A stretch of DNA of 64,000 bases, taken from Verrucomicrobiia bacterium (GTDB taxonomy: Bacteria; Verrucomicrobiota; Verrucomicrobiia; Chthoniobacterales; Chthoniobacteraceae). Position 1 is the stretch's first letter. Each line of letters opens with the position of its first letter. Shown piece after piece: positions 10,302 through 20,700 of the stretch. The position numbers were made by a program, and so were the translations under genes. The notes beneath the pieces were generated by a model. It made no database searches. It saw only the letters and a program-made list of their open reading frames with translations, and was not told the origin of the DNA. The DNA lies in the NCBI GenBank assembly GCA_040374425.1, contig JBEIUI010000001.1, positions 2,823 through 66,822 on the forward strand, written 5' to 3'.

Positions 10302-13300
10302 TCACGCATGCGGCTCGGGGAGGGGCACTGCCGGATGCGGCGGCGCCTGTTTTTTGCCGCCCCATTTCTCGACGAAATAAAAACACGCGGGGATCAGGAA
10401 GATGGCCAGCACCGTGGCGCCGAGCATCCCGCCGATGACAGCGAACCCCATGACCTGCCGGGAGAGCGAGCCGGCGCCTGCCGCTTTTGCCAGAGGCACG
10501 CAGCCGAGGATGAAAGCAAAACTTGTCATGAGAATGGGCCGGAGTCGGAGGCGCGCGCCCTCCAAAGCGGCGTCGAGCAGAGTGAGGCCCTGCTCGTAGC
10601 CCATCTTGGCGAATTCCACGATGAGAATGGCGTTCTTGGCAGACAACCCGATGAGCATGACCAAGCCGATCTGCGCATACACGTTGTTCTCGAACCCGCC
10701 CACCCAGAGTCCGGCGAACGCCCCGAACACGGCAATCGGGGTGCTCAGGAGCACGCTCAAAGGCAGCGACCAGCTCTCGTATTGGGCGGCGAGAATCAGG
10801 AACACGAACAGCAGCGAGATCCCGAAGATGACCCCGGGCTGGACCCCCTGCTGGGCCCGCTTTTCTTGATACGACATGCCCAGATAGTCGTAGCCCATTT
10901 CGCCGGGCATGGTTTCCGCAAAAACCTCCTCGAGCGCTTTCATGGCCTGAGCCGAGCTGTATCCCGGCGCGGCCGAACCATTGATCTGGGCGCACCGATA
11001 GAGGTTGTAGCGCATGGTGAACTCCGGGCCTGCCGTGGGCCGGGTGGCCGTGACCGCGCTCAGGGGCAGCATGTTGCCGTCCAAGTTTTTTACGAAAAAC
11101 TGGCCCACATCCTCCGCCCGGGTGCGGTATTCGCCCTCGGCTTGGATGAACACCTGCCATTGCCGGCCAAACCGGTTGAAGTAGTTCACAAAATAGCCGC
11201 CCATGTAGGTCTGCAGCGTCTGATACACCGCCCCGAGATCCACCCCCTGCTTGAGCACCTTGTCCCTGTCCACGTCCATAGCCAACTGCGGCACTTTGGG
11301 CAGAAACGTGGTGTTGACCCCGGACAACTCCGGGCGTTTCCGCGCGGCCTCGATGAACTTCTTCACGTTCGCATCCAGGAACGCCAGGTCCTTGCCCGCG
11401 CGGTCCTCCAGCATGAAAGTAAACCCGCCCGAGGCGCCCACGCCGGGGATCGCCGGGGGCGAAAAGGCGAAGGACACGGCCTCGGGAATCCGGGAAAGCT
11501 GCGCGTTGAGCCTGCGTTTGATGGCCTCGTATTTTTCCTCCGGCGCGGTGCGTTCGTGCCAGGGCTTGAGGGTGACAAAGAAAAAGCCGTTGTACGTGTT
11601 TTGGGTACCGCTGAGCAGGCTGAACCCCGCCACGGTGGACGTGTGCGCCACGCCCGGAGTCTGCGCGAGAATAGCCTCCACTTTTTTGCACACCTCATCC
11701 GTCCGCTGCAAGGAAGCCGCGTCAGGCAGGGACACCCCAACATACAAGTAGCCCTGGTCTTCATCCGGAAGAAACCCCGTAGGCACACGGCTCGCGAACA
11801 ACCCGGCGAGCACGGCAAACCCGGCCAGCAGGACGAGGCTCACCGCAGTCTTGCGCACGAGAAACCGGCACACGCCCACGTAGCCGTCGGTCGCCACGCC
11901 AAACACCCGGTTAAACCCGTCAAAGAAGCGTTGGAGAAGGCCCGTGCTTTTTTTCTTGGGCCGCAGAAGCAGCGCGGAGAGCGCCGGGCTCAGCGTCAGG
12001 GCGTTGAGGGCGGAAATCACCACCGAGATGGCGATGGTCACCGCGAACTGCTGGTAAAGCCGACCCGTGATTCCCGGGATAAACGCCGTCGGGATGAACA
12101 CCGCGGAAAGGATCAGTGCGATGGCCACCACGGGGCCGGACACCTCCTGCATGGCCTTGAGTGTGGCGTCCCTGGGCGAGAGCCCCTTCTCAATGTGATG
12201 CTCCACAGCTTCGACCACGACAATGGCGTCATCAACCACCAGCCCGATCGCCAGCACGAGCCCGAAGAGGGAGAGCGTGTTGATGCTAAATCCAAAGAGC
12301 GGAAACAGGGCGAAGGTGCCGATGAGCGACACCGGCACGGCCAGCAGTGGGATCAGTGTCGCCCTCCAGCCTTGGAGAAAGACAAACACCACGATGAGCA
12401 CCAACACGACCGCTTCAAGCAGGGTGTGCAGGATTTCTTTGACCCCCTCGGTCACAGCCAGCGTGGTGTCCAGCGCGATCACGTAATCCAGGTCGGCCGG
12501 GAACCGTCCCTTGAGCTCTTCCATGAGCCGCTTGGCGCCGTCGGCGGCCGCAATCGCGTTGGAGCCGGGCATTTGATAAAGGGCGATCAGCGCGGCGGGT
12601 TTCCCGTCCAGGCGCCCCTTCATGTTGTAGGTCTGCGCGCCGAGCTCGATCCGGGCCACGTCCTTAAGCCGCACCAGGGAGCCGTCCGCGTTGGCGCGCA
12701 CCACCACCTCGGCGAATTCTTCCTCCGTCTGAAGACGGCCCGGGGCGCGCACGGCGTAGGTGAACTCCTGGCCTTTGGGCACGGGCTCGGCACCCACCTG
12801 ACCAGCCGGGTTCACGTTGTTCTGTTTCTGGACCGCTTGGACGATCTCCGGAATGGTGATCTGGAGTTTGGCGAGCTGATCGGGCTTCACCCAGAACCGC
12901 ATGGCATACTGGCCGGCTCCGAACACCGTGACACTGGCAATGCCCGGGACGCGGGTAAGCTGGTCGTTGATGTTGATGAAACTGTAGTTCGCCAGGAAGG
13001 TGCTGTCGTAGGTGCCCCGGGGCGAGTAGAGCGCAAAGAGCATCAATGGCGCGGAGGTGGACTTCTGCACTGTGACCCCGGCCTTGGTCACGTCGGCGGG
13101 CAGCTGCGAGTTGGCCTGCGAGGCCCGCATCTGGGAAAGGATCTGGTCGGTGTTGGCGTCGGTCTGGATGTCGAAGTTCACCGTCAACGTCATCGCCCCG
13201 TTGTTGGCGTTGACGGAATACATGTAGTTCATGTTGTCCACGCCGCTCATCTGCTGCTCGATGGGCGTGGCCACAGCCTGCTCAATGGTCTGCGCATCCG

Positions 13301-13454
13301 CCCCCGTGTAGGTGGCGCGCACCTGCACCTCCGGCGGCACGATGTTGGGGAACTGCGCCGTCGGCAGCCCCAGCATGGAGACCAGGCCGATGATCACCAG
13401 GATCAGCGACATGACGATGGCGACAATCGGACGCCTCACAAAAAAACTGCCCAT
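10302..13454 (-). CDS. RND multidrug efflux transporter permease (AcrB/MexB family)
   Basis: 1050 aa with a typical N-terminus MGSFFVRRPIVAIVMSLILVIIG. 12-TM architecture with two large periplasmic loops and AcrB-like motifs throughout. Confidence 0.95.
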   Translation of the reverse strand: MGSFFVRRPIVAIVMSLILVIIGLVSMLGLPTAQFPNIVPPEVQVRATYTGADAQTIEQAVATPIEQQMSGVDNMNYMYSVNANNGAMTLTVNFDIQTDANTDQILSQMRASQANSQLPADVTKAGVTVQKSTSAPLMLFALYSPRGTYDSTFLANYSFININDQLTRVPGIASVTVFGAGQYAMRFWVKPDQLAKLQITIPEIVQAVQKQNNVNPAGQVGAEPVPKGQEFTYAVRAPGRLQTEEEFAEVVVRANADGSLVRLKDVARIELGAQTYNMKGRLDGKPAALIALYQMPGSNAIAAADGAKRLMEELKGRFPADLDYVIALDTTLAVTEGVKEILHTLLEAVVLVLIVVFVFLQGWRATLIPLLAVPVSLIGTFALFPLFGFSINTLSLFGLVLAIGLVVDDAIVVVEAVEHHIEKGLSPRDATLKAMQEVSGPVVAIALILSAVFIPTAFIPGITGRLYQQFAVTIAISVVISALNALTLSPALSALLLRPKKKSTGLLQRFFDGFNRVFGVATDGYVGVCRFLVRKTAVSLVLLAGFAVLAGLFASRVPTGFLPDEDQGYLYVGVSLPDAASLQRTDEVCKKVEAILAQTPGVAHTSTVAGFSLLSGTQNTYNGFFFVTLKPWHERTAPEEKYEAIKRRLNAQLSRIPEAVSFAFSPPAIPGVGASGGFTFMLEDRAGKDLAFLDANVKKFIEAARKRPELSGVNTTFLPKVPQLAMDVDRDKVLKQGVDLGAVYQTLQTYMGGYFVNYFNRFGRQWQVFIQAEGEYRTRAEDVGQFFVKNLDGNMLPLSAVTATRPTAGPEFTMRYNLYRCAQINGSAAPGYSSAQAMKALEEVFAETMPGEMGYDYLGMSYQEKRAQQGVQPGVIFGISLLFVFLILAAQYESWSLPLSVLLSTPIAVFGAFAGLWVGGFENNVYAQIGLVMLIGLSAKNAILIVEFAKMGYEQGLTLLDAALEGARLRLRPILMTSFAFILGCVPLAKAAGAGSLSRQVMGFAVIGGMLGATVLAIFLIPACFYFVEKWGGKKQAPPHPAVPLPEPHA

Positions 13455-13460
13455 GGCGCG

Positions 13461-14654
13461 CTATTTCGCCTCCGATTGGGGTTGTGCCTCCGCCTGCGCC
13501 CCCCAGGGCTTGGCGCTCACCGGCATCCCGGGACGCACTTTCTGGACGCCCTCCACCACCACATTCTCACCGGGCTTCAGCCCCTCGGTGACAATCCACA
13601 GGGTCCCCACCCGCTCGCCGACTTTCACTGGCCGCACCTCCACTTTCCCGTCCGCACCCACCACGGCAATCTGGTAGTTCCCCTGCAACTCCATCACCGC
13701 CCGCTGCGGCACCGCCAGCGCCGCGTCTTCCTTGCGCGCCACCCCTCGGATGCGCGCAAAGAATCCCGGGCGCAAAACGCCGCCGGGGTTGGGGAAAAGC
13801 GCCTCCAACCGCAGCGTGCCCGTCTTGGAGTCAATCTGCCGGTCGGCTGCCGAGAACGCGCCTTTCTGCGGAAACACACTTCCGTCGGCGAGGATCAGCT
13901 CCAAGTTGACTTGGGGTTTCGCGCCGGGCTGAGCCGCGGCGCCATTGAGCCGCTCGGCGATGCGGTAATACTCCTGTTCACTGATCTGGAACTTGGCCTT
14001 AATCGGATCCACCGTGGAAATCGTGGTGAGATCTCCCGAAGTCGGTCCGACCAAGTCGCCCACACCGGGGTTTGCGAAGCCGACAATGCCATCAACCGGG
14101 GCGGTCATCTTGGTGAAGCCCAAGTTGATTTCTGCCGACTGCACCGCCGCCTGCATCGCCGCCACACTGGCCTTGGCGGCCGCGTTGTTCTGAACCGCCG
14201 CGTCCCGGTCCGCAGCACTGCCCGCTTTGGATGCAAAAAGTTGATTCTGGCGGCCCTCATCGAGTTCCGCCTTGGTTTGAGTGGCCTGCGCCTTGGCCAG
14301 ATCCGCCCGGGCTTGGGCCAAGGCCGCTTCAAATGGGCGCGCATCGATGGCAAAGAGCAGGTCTCCGGCTTTGACCTCACGCCCCGGCTGGTAGTCTTTG
14401 CTGCTTAGGTAACCCTGTACCCGCGCTCGCACCGCCACGTTCGCGGAGCCGTCGAGGGTCCCGATCCACTCTTTGTAGATCGCCAAAACCTGCGGTTGGA
14501 CTTTCGTTACGAGCACTTCCGGAGGGCCGCCCACCCCCGCAGTGGGTTTGGGCGGGTTGCAGCCCCCAAACGCCAGAAGGCTCACCCCGCCGAGGATTCC
14601 AGCCCAAATCGGGCGCTGAGAACCGGGCGACGAACAAAAGAGGAGTCTTTTCAT
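13461..14654 (-). CDS. RND efflux periplasmic adaptor (membrane fusion protein, AcrA-like lipoprotein)
   Basis: Lipobox LLAFGGC, a coiled-coil hairpin region, and beta-barrel/MP domains. It lies immediately upstream of the RND permease. Confidence 0.9.
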   Translation of the reverse strand: MKRLLFCSSPGSQRPIWAGILGGVSLLAFGGCNPPKPTAGVGGPPEVLVTKVQPQVLAIYKEWIGTLDGSANVAVRARVQGYLSSKDYQPGREVKAGDLLFAIDARPFEAALAQARADLAKAQATQTKAELDEGRQNQLFASKAGSAADRDAAVQNNAAAKASVAAMQAAVQSAEINLGFTKMTAPVDGIVGFANPGVGDLVGPTSGDLTTISTVDPIKAKFQISEQEYYRIAERLNGAAAQPGAKPQVNLELILADGSVFPQKGAFSAADRQIDSKTGTLRLEALFPNPGGVLRPGFFARIRGVARKEDAALAVPQRAVMELQGNYQIAVVGADGKVEVRPVKVGERVGTLWIVTEGLKPGENVVVEGVQKVRPGMPVSAKPWGAQAEAQPQSEAK

Positions 14655-14746
14655 AGAAAATCGAGAGCTCCCACCCGTTGACCCGCCTGCGGATCCGCCT
14701 GGGAGCGGGGCGACTTCTACCCGGAATCTGGACGCAAACAGGAGAC

Positions 14747-14772
14747 AAAAATCAGGGTTTCCCCTGATTTTC
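14747..14772 (-). terminator. Intrinsic terminator hairpin flanked by A5/T4 tracts (potentially bidirectional)
   Basis: aaaaatcaggg-tttc-ccctgatttt forms a perfect stem. On the minus strand it is followed by TTTTT. It lies about 100 nt downstream of the lipoprotein gene stop. Confidence 0.6.
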
Positions 14773-14868
14773 TGCGCGTTTTGAGCGGACTCGGGGGTTC
14801 AAGTTGCCGAGCCACGGCAGTTGCCCGGGTCGGCGCACGCTTCCCGGGCCGTTTTTGACTCCGCGAGT

Positions 14869-16308
14869 TTACCGCATTTCAGAGGGCAGGGAGAGCAAGG
14901 CCTCCTTGAACACCTCGTTCATCTTTGCGGCCTCGGCGGTGAGTTTCTTGGACTCGGAAACTCTGCCGATAAACCCCGCATAAATCCCCAGATGCCATTT
15001 GCGGTGGGCTGCCAGGAGAGGGGGAAGGTCTTCGGGAATGAAAGATTGCGCCATCGCAAAGATGGTTTCAGGAGCCACGTTGGTCCACGGCACGGGCGTG
15101 GGCTCCGGCTTGGTTTTGATCTGGAGCCCAAGATCATTGCACATGGCCACCCCACCCGCCAGCGGCAACCCTTTTTTGAGCTTCACCGGTTCCGCGTAGC
15201 CCTTTGCAGTGAGATCCTCGATGAGGTTGCTTTTAAAAGTGTCCAGCCACTGCGTGCGCGTCAGGAAAACATCCTGCTGATCCCGGGCTTTCTCCGTGCG
15301 CAACTCCAGCGCTTTCATCAGCTCGAAAGCCTCCCGGAAACGCAATTGCGCGAGCAGCTCCCCGCGTTTGGCCAGTGCCGCCGGCAAGGCCTCGGCGTCG
15401 AACACTTCGTTCTCGGCGGTCTCCCGGGCTTTCGACTCCAACGCCAGGTTGGCCTCCCCTCCCACCTTGATGATCTGCTCTTTTAACGCCGCCGTTTGTT
15501 TGGCCAAAACCCGCATCTTCGGCAGCGCCGCGACGGCATACTCCACAGCCGCTTTTTTTTCCTCAGGCGCACTCGCGGCTTCGATCCTCTCACTGGCCCG
15601 TTTGTATTCATCCAGGCCTGACTCAAACTGCCTCGCCATTTGCTGGAGTTTTTTGAGCTGCTCCTCCGATCCCAGCCATTTTTTGGGGGCGTTCACGTTC
15701 GAATCGGCAAAATCGAGCAGCAGCACCTTGGCTTCCTCGTATTTCTCCAGATTCCAGTTTTTGGCCCCGTAAAGGAGGAGTGCAATGGCCTCGTAGTTTT
15801 CCCTGGCGTAGTCCTTGGAAACTTGGGGGGAAACGAGCTCGTCGCGACACACCGTCTCGGACAGCGTCACGAAAAACTTCGCGAGCCGCTCTTCACTGGG
15901 CAAGGCATCATTCCCCGTCCACGGATGATCCGAGAGGCCTTTAAGCAGCGTCTTGGCCTCGGCGTCTTTGCTCGCCAAAATCAGTGCCAAAGCCTCCTGC
16001 ACGGTAAGCCAACTCCGGTAAGGCTCTCCGCACTGCTTCTGGCGTCGCAACCTGCCGAAACGGTCGGCGGCATCGGAGAATTTACCGGCCAAAAGCAAAT
16101 CGCTGGCCACCCCGTGTCGCACCTCAATCTCCTTGAGACTGAGCTGTTCCTCCGCCGCCACGGGCGGTGTGAATTTCATGGGCTTGGGTTTCCCGCAACC
16201 CCCGAGCCCACAGCTCAATGCGACTCCAGCCAAAACCACTACCATACGGGAAAAGGCGCGCAGAATTCGAAGCGCCCGTAGGAGACGAAGAAAAGGTAAC
16301 CTCAACAT
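14869..16308 (-). CDS. Hypothetical alpha-helical lipoprotein
   Basis: Basic N-region followed by the lipobox LSCGLGGC. The composition looks coding-like (K/E/A/L-rich). I recognised no family. The start is ATG 16308 or 16245. Confidence 0.6.
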   Translation of the reverse strand: MLRLPFLRLLRALRILRAFSRMVVVLAGVALSCGLGGCGKPKPMKFTPPVAAEEQLSLKEIEVRHGVASDLLLAGKFSDAADRFGRLRRQKQCGEPYRSWLTVQEALALILASKDAEAKTLLKGLSDHPWTGNDALPSEERLAKFFVTLSETVCRDELVSPQVSKDYARENYEAIALLLYGAKNWNLEKYEEAKVLLLDFADSNVNAPKKWLGSEEQLKKLQQMARQFESGLDEYKRASERIEAASAPEEKKAAVEYAVAALPKMRVLAKQTAALKEQIIKVGGEANLALESKARETAENEVFDAEALPAALAKRGELLAQLRFREAFELMKALELRTEKARDQQDVFLTRTQWLDTFKSNLIEDLTAKGYAEPVKLKKGLPLAGGVAMCNDLGLQIKTKPEPTPVPWTNVAPETIFAMAQSFIPEDLPPLLAAHRKWHLGIYAGFIGRVSESKKLTAEAAKMNEVFKEALLSLPSEMR

Positions 16309-16549
16309 AATCAACGAGCAGAAGGGGAGTTGTATAGCCATTACCATGCCTCGCTCCCTGCACTAGATGGACGGCAAGACAGGGTCAACCTTCTAGACAC
16401 CGTCCACGCCCCGCCCGCTGCTCAAAGTCTTTCCCTTCGCAGCCTGCGGTCAATGTTGCGAGCTATCCGACACAGCAATTCATGGAAGCCCAGCAGCCAG
16501 AGCCGTCAGAACTTCGGAGAGCGGCCTGCTGCGGCATCGCACCCCGGGG

Positions 16550-17329
16550 TTAAACCTCAATCTTGAGGCCGTCGTAGGCGATTTTAACGCCTTCGGGCAG
16601 TTGTCGCTGGGTCTCGGCGTGGCCCAAGTCATGGCAGAGATGGGTGAACCACGCCTGCCCGGGCTGAATCTTGCCGATGATCTCCAGCGCCTCGCTCACG
16701 TTCATGTGGGTCGGATGCGGCTGATGCCGGAGCGCGTCCACAATCAGGTGACGGACCCCGGCAATCTGCTCCAAGCAGTTTTCCGGGATCGTTTTGCAGT
16801 CGCTAAAATACGCCACGAGGCGTTCGCCGTTCCGGCTCAGAAGATACCCGAAAACGTGGGCGCGTCCGTGGGGCACGGCAAAAGGGGTGATCGCTGTTTC
16901 GCCAAGTTGAAAAGGGCCGCTGATGGTCCGGGGATCCGGACGCAGATACCCTGGGAAATGGTTTTTCCCGTTGAACGCGAAAAGAAAAGCCCGCTGGAGA
17001 TCGTCCATGGTTTCCCGGGACGCGTAAACCGGCAACCCGCCGTCCCTGGGGCAGAAGGATCGCAGGTCGTCAAAACCCATCATGTGATCGGAGTGGGAGT
17101 GAGTGTAAACCACGGCATCGACTCGCCGAACGTTTTCCCGCAGGCATTGGCTGCGGAAATCAGCGCCGGTGTCGATCACCCAAGCGCACTCGGGGCTTTG
17201 AATGTAAAGCGAGGCGCGGGAGCGTTTGTCGCGAGGATCCTCCGAACGGCAGACTGCGCAGTCGCAACCAATCATGGGCACGCCTTGGGAGGTGCCTGTC
17301 CCCAGAAATGTAATCGTCAGTTCGCCCAT
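16550..17329 (-). CDS. MBL-fold metallo-hydrolase, PhnP-like phosphodiesterase
   Basis: FLGTGTSQGVP, Cys cluster GCDCAVC, HSHSDH metal motif. Confidence 0.8.
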   Translation of the reverse strand: MGELTITFLGTGTSQGVPMIGCDCAVCRSEDPRDKRSRASLYIQSPECAWVIDTGADFRSQCLRENVRRVDAVVYTHSHSDHMMGFDDLRSFCPRDGGLPVYASRETMDDLQRAFLFAFNGKNHFPGYLRPDPRTISGPFQLGETAITPFAVPHGRAHVFGYLLSRNGERLVAYFSDCKTIPENCLEQIAGVRHLIVDALRHQPHPTHMNVSEALEIIGKIQPGQAWFTHLCHDLGHAETQRQLPEGVKIAYDGLKIEV

Positions 17330-17423
17330 GCTCCGGTCACCCTAGCAAAGCGTTTGCGGCTTTCCAGTCCGAGCACGCCCGCTTCCACAAGGAGGAGGCC
17401 CGGGATGTGCTGTTTTTTGGCCC

Positions 17424-17630
17424 ATGAACCTGTCCCCTGTTTCAGGCTCCCCTGCGACAAATCCGTCCACCCCAAGTGACCGCGTGAATATCGCGGTTGC
17501 GAAAAAAGCCCAAGATCAGGTGAAGCTGGAAGGGGCCGCGATGATGAAGGTGCTCGAATCCATCCCGGCGGCGGCGGCAGGCGGTCCCCCGAAAGCGGAG
17601 GGGGCGAGAGGGTTCGAGGCCTACGCTTGA
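17424..17630 (+). CDS. Small YjfB-like (putative motility protein family) protein
   Basis: 68 aa. The VNIAVAKKAQDQVKLEGAAMMKVLES segment matches the conserved core of YjfB-family proteins (xSIAVLKKALDxxxxxGxxLxxLL). Confidence 0.55.
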   Translation: MNLSPVSGSPATNPSTPSDRVNIAVAKKAQDQVKLEGAAMMKVLESIPAAAAGGPPKAEGARGFEAYA

Positions 17631-17674
17631 AACTGGAGGAAGCCGCCGGCCCCAGTGACCACCGGCTTGCCGGT

Positions 17675-17711
17675 CCAAAAAGCAAAGGAGCGCTCCGGAA
17701 AAGAGCGCTCC
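17675..17711 (-). terminator. Intrinsic terminator downstream of the 1327-aa gene
   Basis: ggagcgctc-cggaaaa-gagcgctcc forms a 9-bp perfect stem. On the minus strand it is followed by TTTGCTTTTTGG. Confidence 0.7.
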
Positions 17712-17744
17712 TCGCGTTGGGAAGAATCGAAGGGGCCCGGGCCG

Positions 17745-20700
17745 TTAGGGCTTTAAGATCTGGCTCGCCGGGTTCGCCGCGGCGGCTGTGGTCTTCTCGT
17801 TGAGGAATTTGTCCACGTCCGGCGTCACCACCATCTTACCCCACATGATCATCCAGTGACCCGGGAACGTGCAGACGTACTCATATTCCCCGGGTTCTTC
17901 CGGGGCATTGAATTTGAGGGTCTGTTTCTGGCCGGGCTCAATGATCTTTGAGGCTTCGAGGATCTTTTCGCTGGCGGGCACGTAGGCTCGCCCTTTTTTG
18001 TCCAGTGTTGTCGGGGACATCGTTTGGGCGGCGGTGGCGACGGATTCCCGGGACCCCGGCGTCACGAAGACGAGGTTGTGCGGCATGGCATCGAGGTTTT
18101 CGAAGATGACTTCGAGCGGTTTTCCGGGCTCAACCACGATGCGCGGGGTGTCATACCGCATCTGTTCATGCACGGTTTTGATCACAAAAACCGGGACCCC
18201 CAGTGCGCGAAGTTGCCGACGCAGCCCGTTGGCGCTCTCGGGCGGCAGCAACGCCGCCAGTTCCTGGCCCACTTGCAGGGTCTCCACGTAGTCCTGGCCG
18301 GTCCGGGATTTCTCCGAAACGGATTTGCCCCAGCTGATGATGGACTCCACCACCGGGGCGGCCTCCTCCCGACTCCATGCGTCCTTGGGCAACTGGGTGA
18401 GAGCGCGGGCTGCGATCGAACGGTTCCGGCCCGCCTTCATCTCTTTGGTGAGGAGCGCAAAGGAGGCTTTGGCGAATTCCGGGCCTGTCAGGGGGAGGGC
18501 TTTGAGTGCCGCGGAACGCACCGTGCCGGGCAGGCCGGCGGCGGCGAGGGATTCCGTCAGCACGGGATGGAACTTCGCGCGCAGCCCGGGATCGGGCACC
18601 AAGCCTAGGGAATCGAGCAGAGCGGTCCGGCCTTTGGCGTCGGTGGCCGTCTGCGCCCAGAGCGCATCGGGCTTTCCATCGGCCACAATCAGGGCGGCGT
18701 AAGCGCCCCGCAGCACCGGTTGGATCCGGGCTTTCCCGACCAGGGCCACGAGAGGGGCCCGGGCCCCGGCGAGTTCGGCCGGTTTGGAGAGCACCAGCGC
18801 CTTGGCCAGTTCCGTGGCGACAGTGGGCAAATCACCGCGGTTCTCATCGTTGCGTTCCAGTGCCGCGAGGAGTTCGCCGACCCGGTGGCTCTGACGCGCT
18901 TTGGACAGAAGCCCCAGGGCGCGTTCGCGCACGCCGGGGTCGATGCCTTTGCGGTCGATCTGCGCCTGCCAGACCGCCTCGTGTGCGGGGGCTTGGGCCA
19001 GCTCCGCATTGGTCAGCCGGTTGAGCACGAAGCTCAGCGCCGCCGGGTTCTGCGGCAGGATCATTTTGGCCGGAACTTTTTCCAGCTGCTGAAGCGCCTC
19101 ACGGGCGGTGTATTCGAGGTAATAATCGAGCTCTTTGCCCAGAGCGGCGTGCACAATCTCCACGGCGGGCAGGGTATCCGCGCCCGAGAAGAAACTCGCG
19201 GCCCGGACCGCCTGCAGCCGCACCCGGGAATCCGAGTCGGTGGCGGCGGTTTTGAGGAGAGCCAGGGCGTTGGGCACCCGGTCCCGCCAGTAACAAAGCA
19301 CCCGCACGGCAGCGGCGCGTGCGCGGGGTTCGGGCGACTCCAGCACGGCAGCGAGCAACCCGGTATCCACCCGGTTCTGCCATTGATGCACCCAGAGACC
19401 TTCCAAGCGGTGATGTTCGTATTCCGGGTCTTTCGGGTCGAGTTTTGCGACCCAGGCTTTGGCGGCCGCCACCACCTTTTCCGGGGCGTGTTTTCCCAAC
19501 TCCACCTTCGCCAGTTCGCGGGTGCCGTCTTCCGGGGTCTTGAGCAGTTCCAGCAGGGCTTCCACGTTCTGGCCGTGGATCCGCGGTTTGTCCACCAGCG
19601 GACGGCCCTCATAGGTCACCCGGTAAATCCGGCCGTGTTTGTCGTCCCGGTTCGGGTCCCGCAGGTGATGCTGCATGTGGCCGATGATCGCGTTGCTCCA
19701 GTCGGCGAAATACAGCGCGCCATCGGGGCCCACGTTGACTTGGGAGGGCCGGAAGTTCGGGTTGTCCGAGGGCTCCGATGTGACGAGGTTTTCGAGGGTC
19801 TCGCCGATCAATCCCGAGCCGTCCTGAGTGACGCCCACCCGGAAGATCCCCAGGATGCTGATCACGTTGCAGTCGAGGAAATTGCCTTGGAACGCTTCCG
19901 GAAAATGCCGACTGGAGAGCAGGCCCGTGCCGGGACAGGGCCGCGAAGGCCGGGCCCAGAACTGCTTAATCGCGGGATGTTTGCCCTCGTCGAGCCGACC
20001 CGAAATGGCCGGCCCAAAGTAGGAGGCATTCCCGGTGGCATCGGTGATGATGTCGTTCCCCCATCGGTCAAACACACGCCCGTGCGGGTTGGCGAATCCG
20101 TAGGAGGCGTAGGTCTCGAATTTGCCGGTGTTGGGCTCAAACCGGAAAATGGCACCGTCGTTGTTGCGCACCACGCCCCGGGCGGCTTCAACCTGGGAGC
20201 GGTGGAACACGCCGTCGCTTAAATACACAGCGCCCCCCGGCTCCAGAGCCATGGCGTTGGTTTGATGATGCGAATCGGCGGAATCCAGCCCCATGAGAAT
20301 CCGCTCCCGGGTGTCGGCCTTGCCGTCGCCGTCGGTGTCGCGGGCAAACCAGAGATCCGGAGCCTGCATCACCAGAACGCCGTCTTTATAGAACTGGAAT
20401 CCGGTGGGCCCGTTGAGATCGGCGAGGAACACCGTCTTTTTATCGGCCTTCCCGTCGTGATCGGTGTCTTCGAGGACGAGCAGGGTATCGCCCGTTTCCG
20501 AGGACGGGGTGCGGCCCGGGTAGTTGGGCCAACAGGCCACCCAGAGCCGGCCCCGGGTGTCCCAAGCCATCTGCACCGGATTGACCAGCTCGGGAAACCG
20601 GGTTTCATCGGCGAAAAGGCTCACCTTCATGGCGGAATGCACCTTCATTTTGGCGATGGCCTCCTCGCCGCTCAGGAAGGTGTGCTTGAGATCCGGCCGG

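Noticed and set aside
10170-14408. A 1412-aa ORF on the + strand spanning the whole RND/MFP region, plus many other antisense ORFs of 150-500 aa (e.g. 1257..2231, 5308..6453, 23578..25053, 33189..34466, 46539..48041, 59569..60570).
   Set aside because: They lie antisense to genes with unmistakable family motifs. Their translations are dominated by R/G/P/H/A and contain no recognisable motifs. Long stop-free antisense frames are expected in high-GC DNA.
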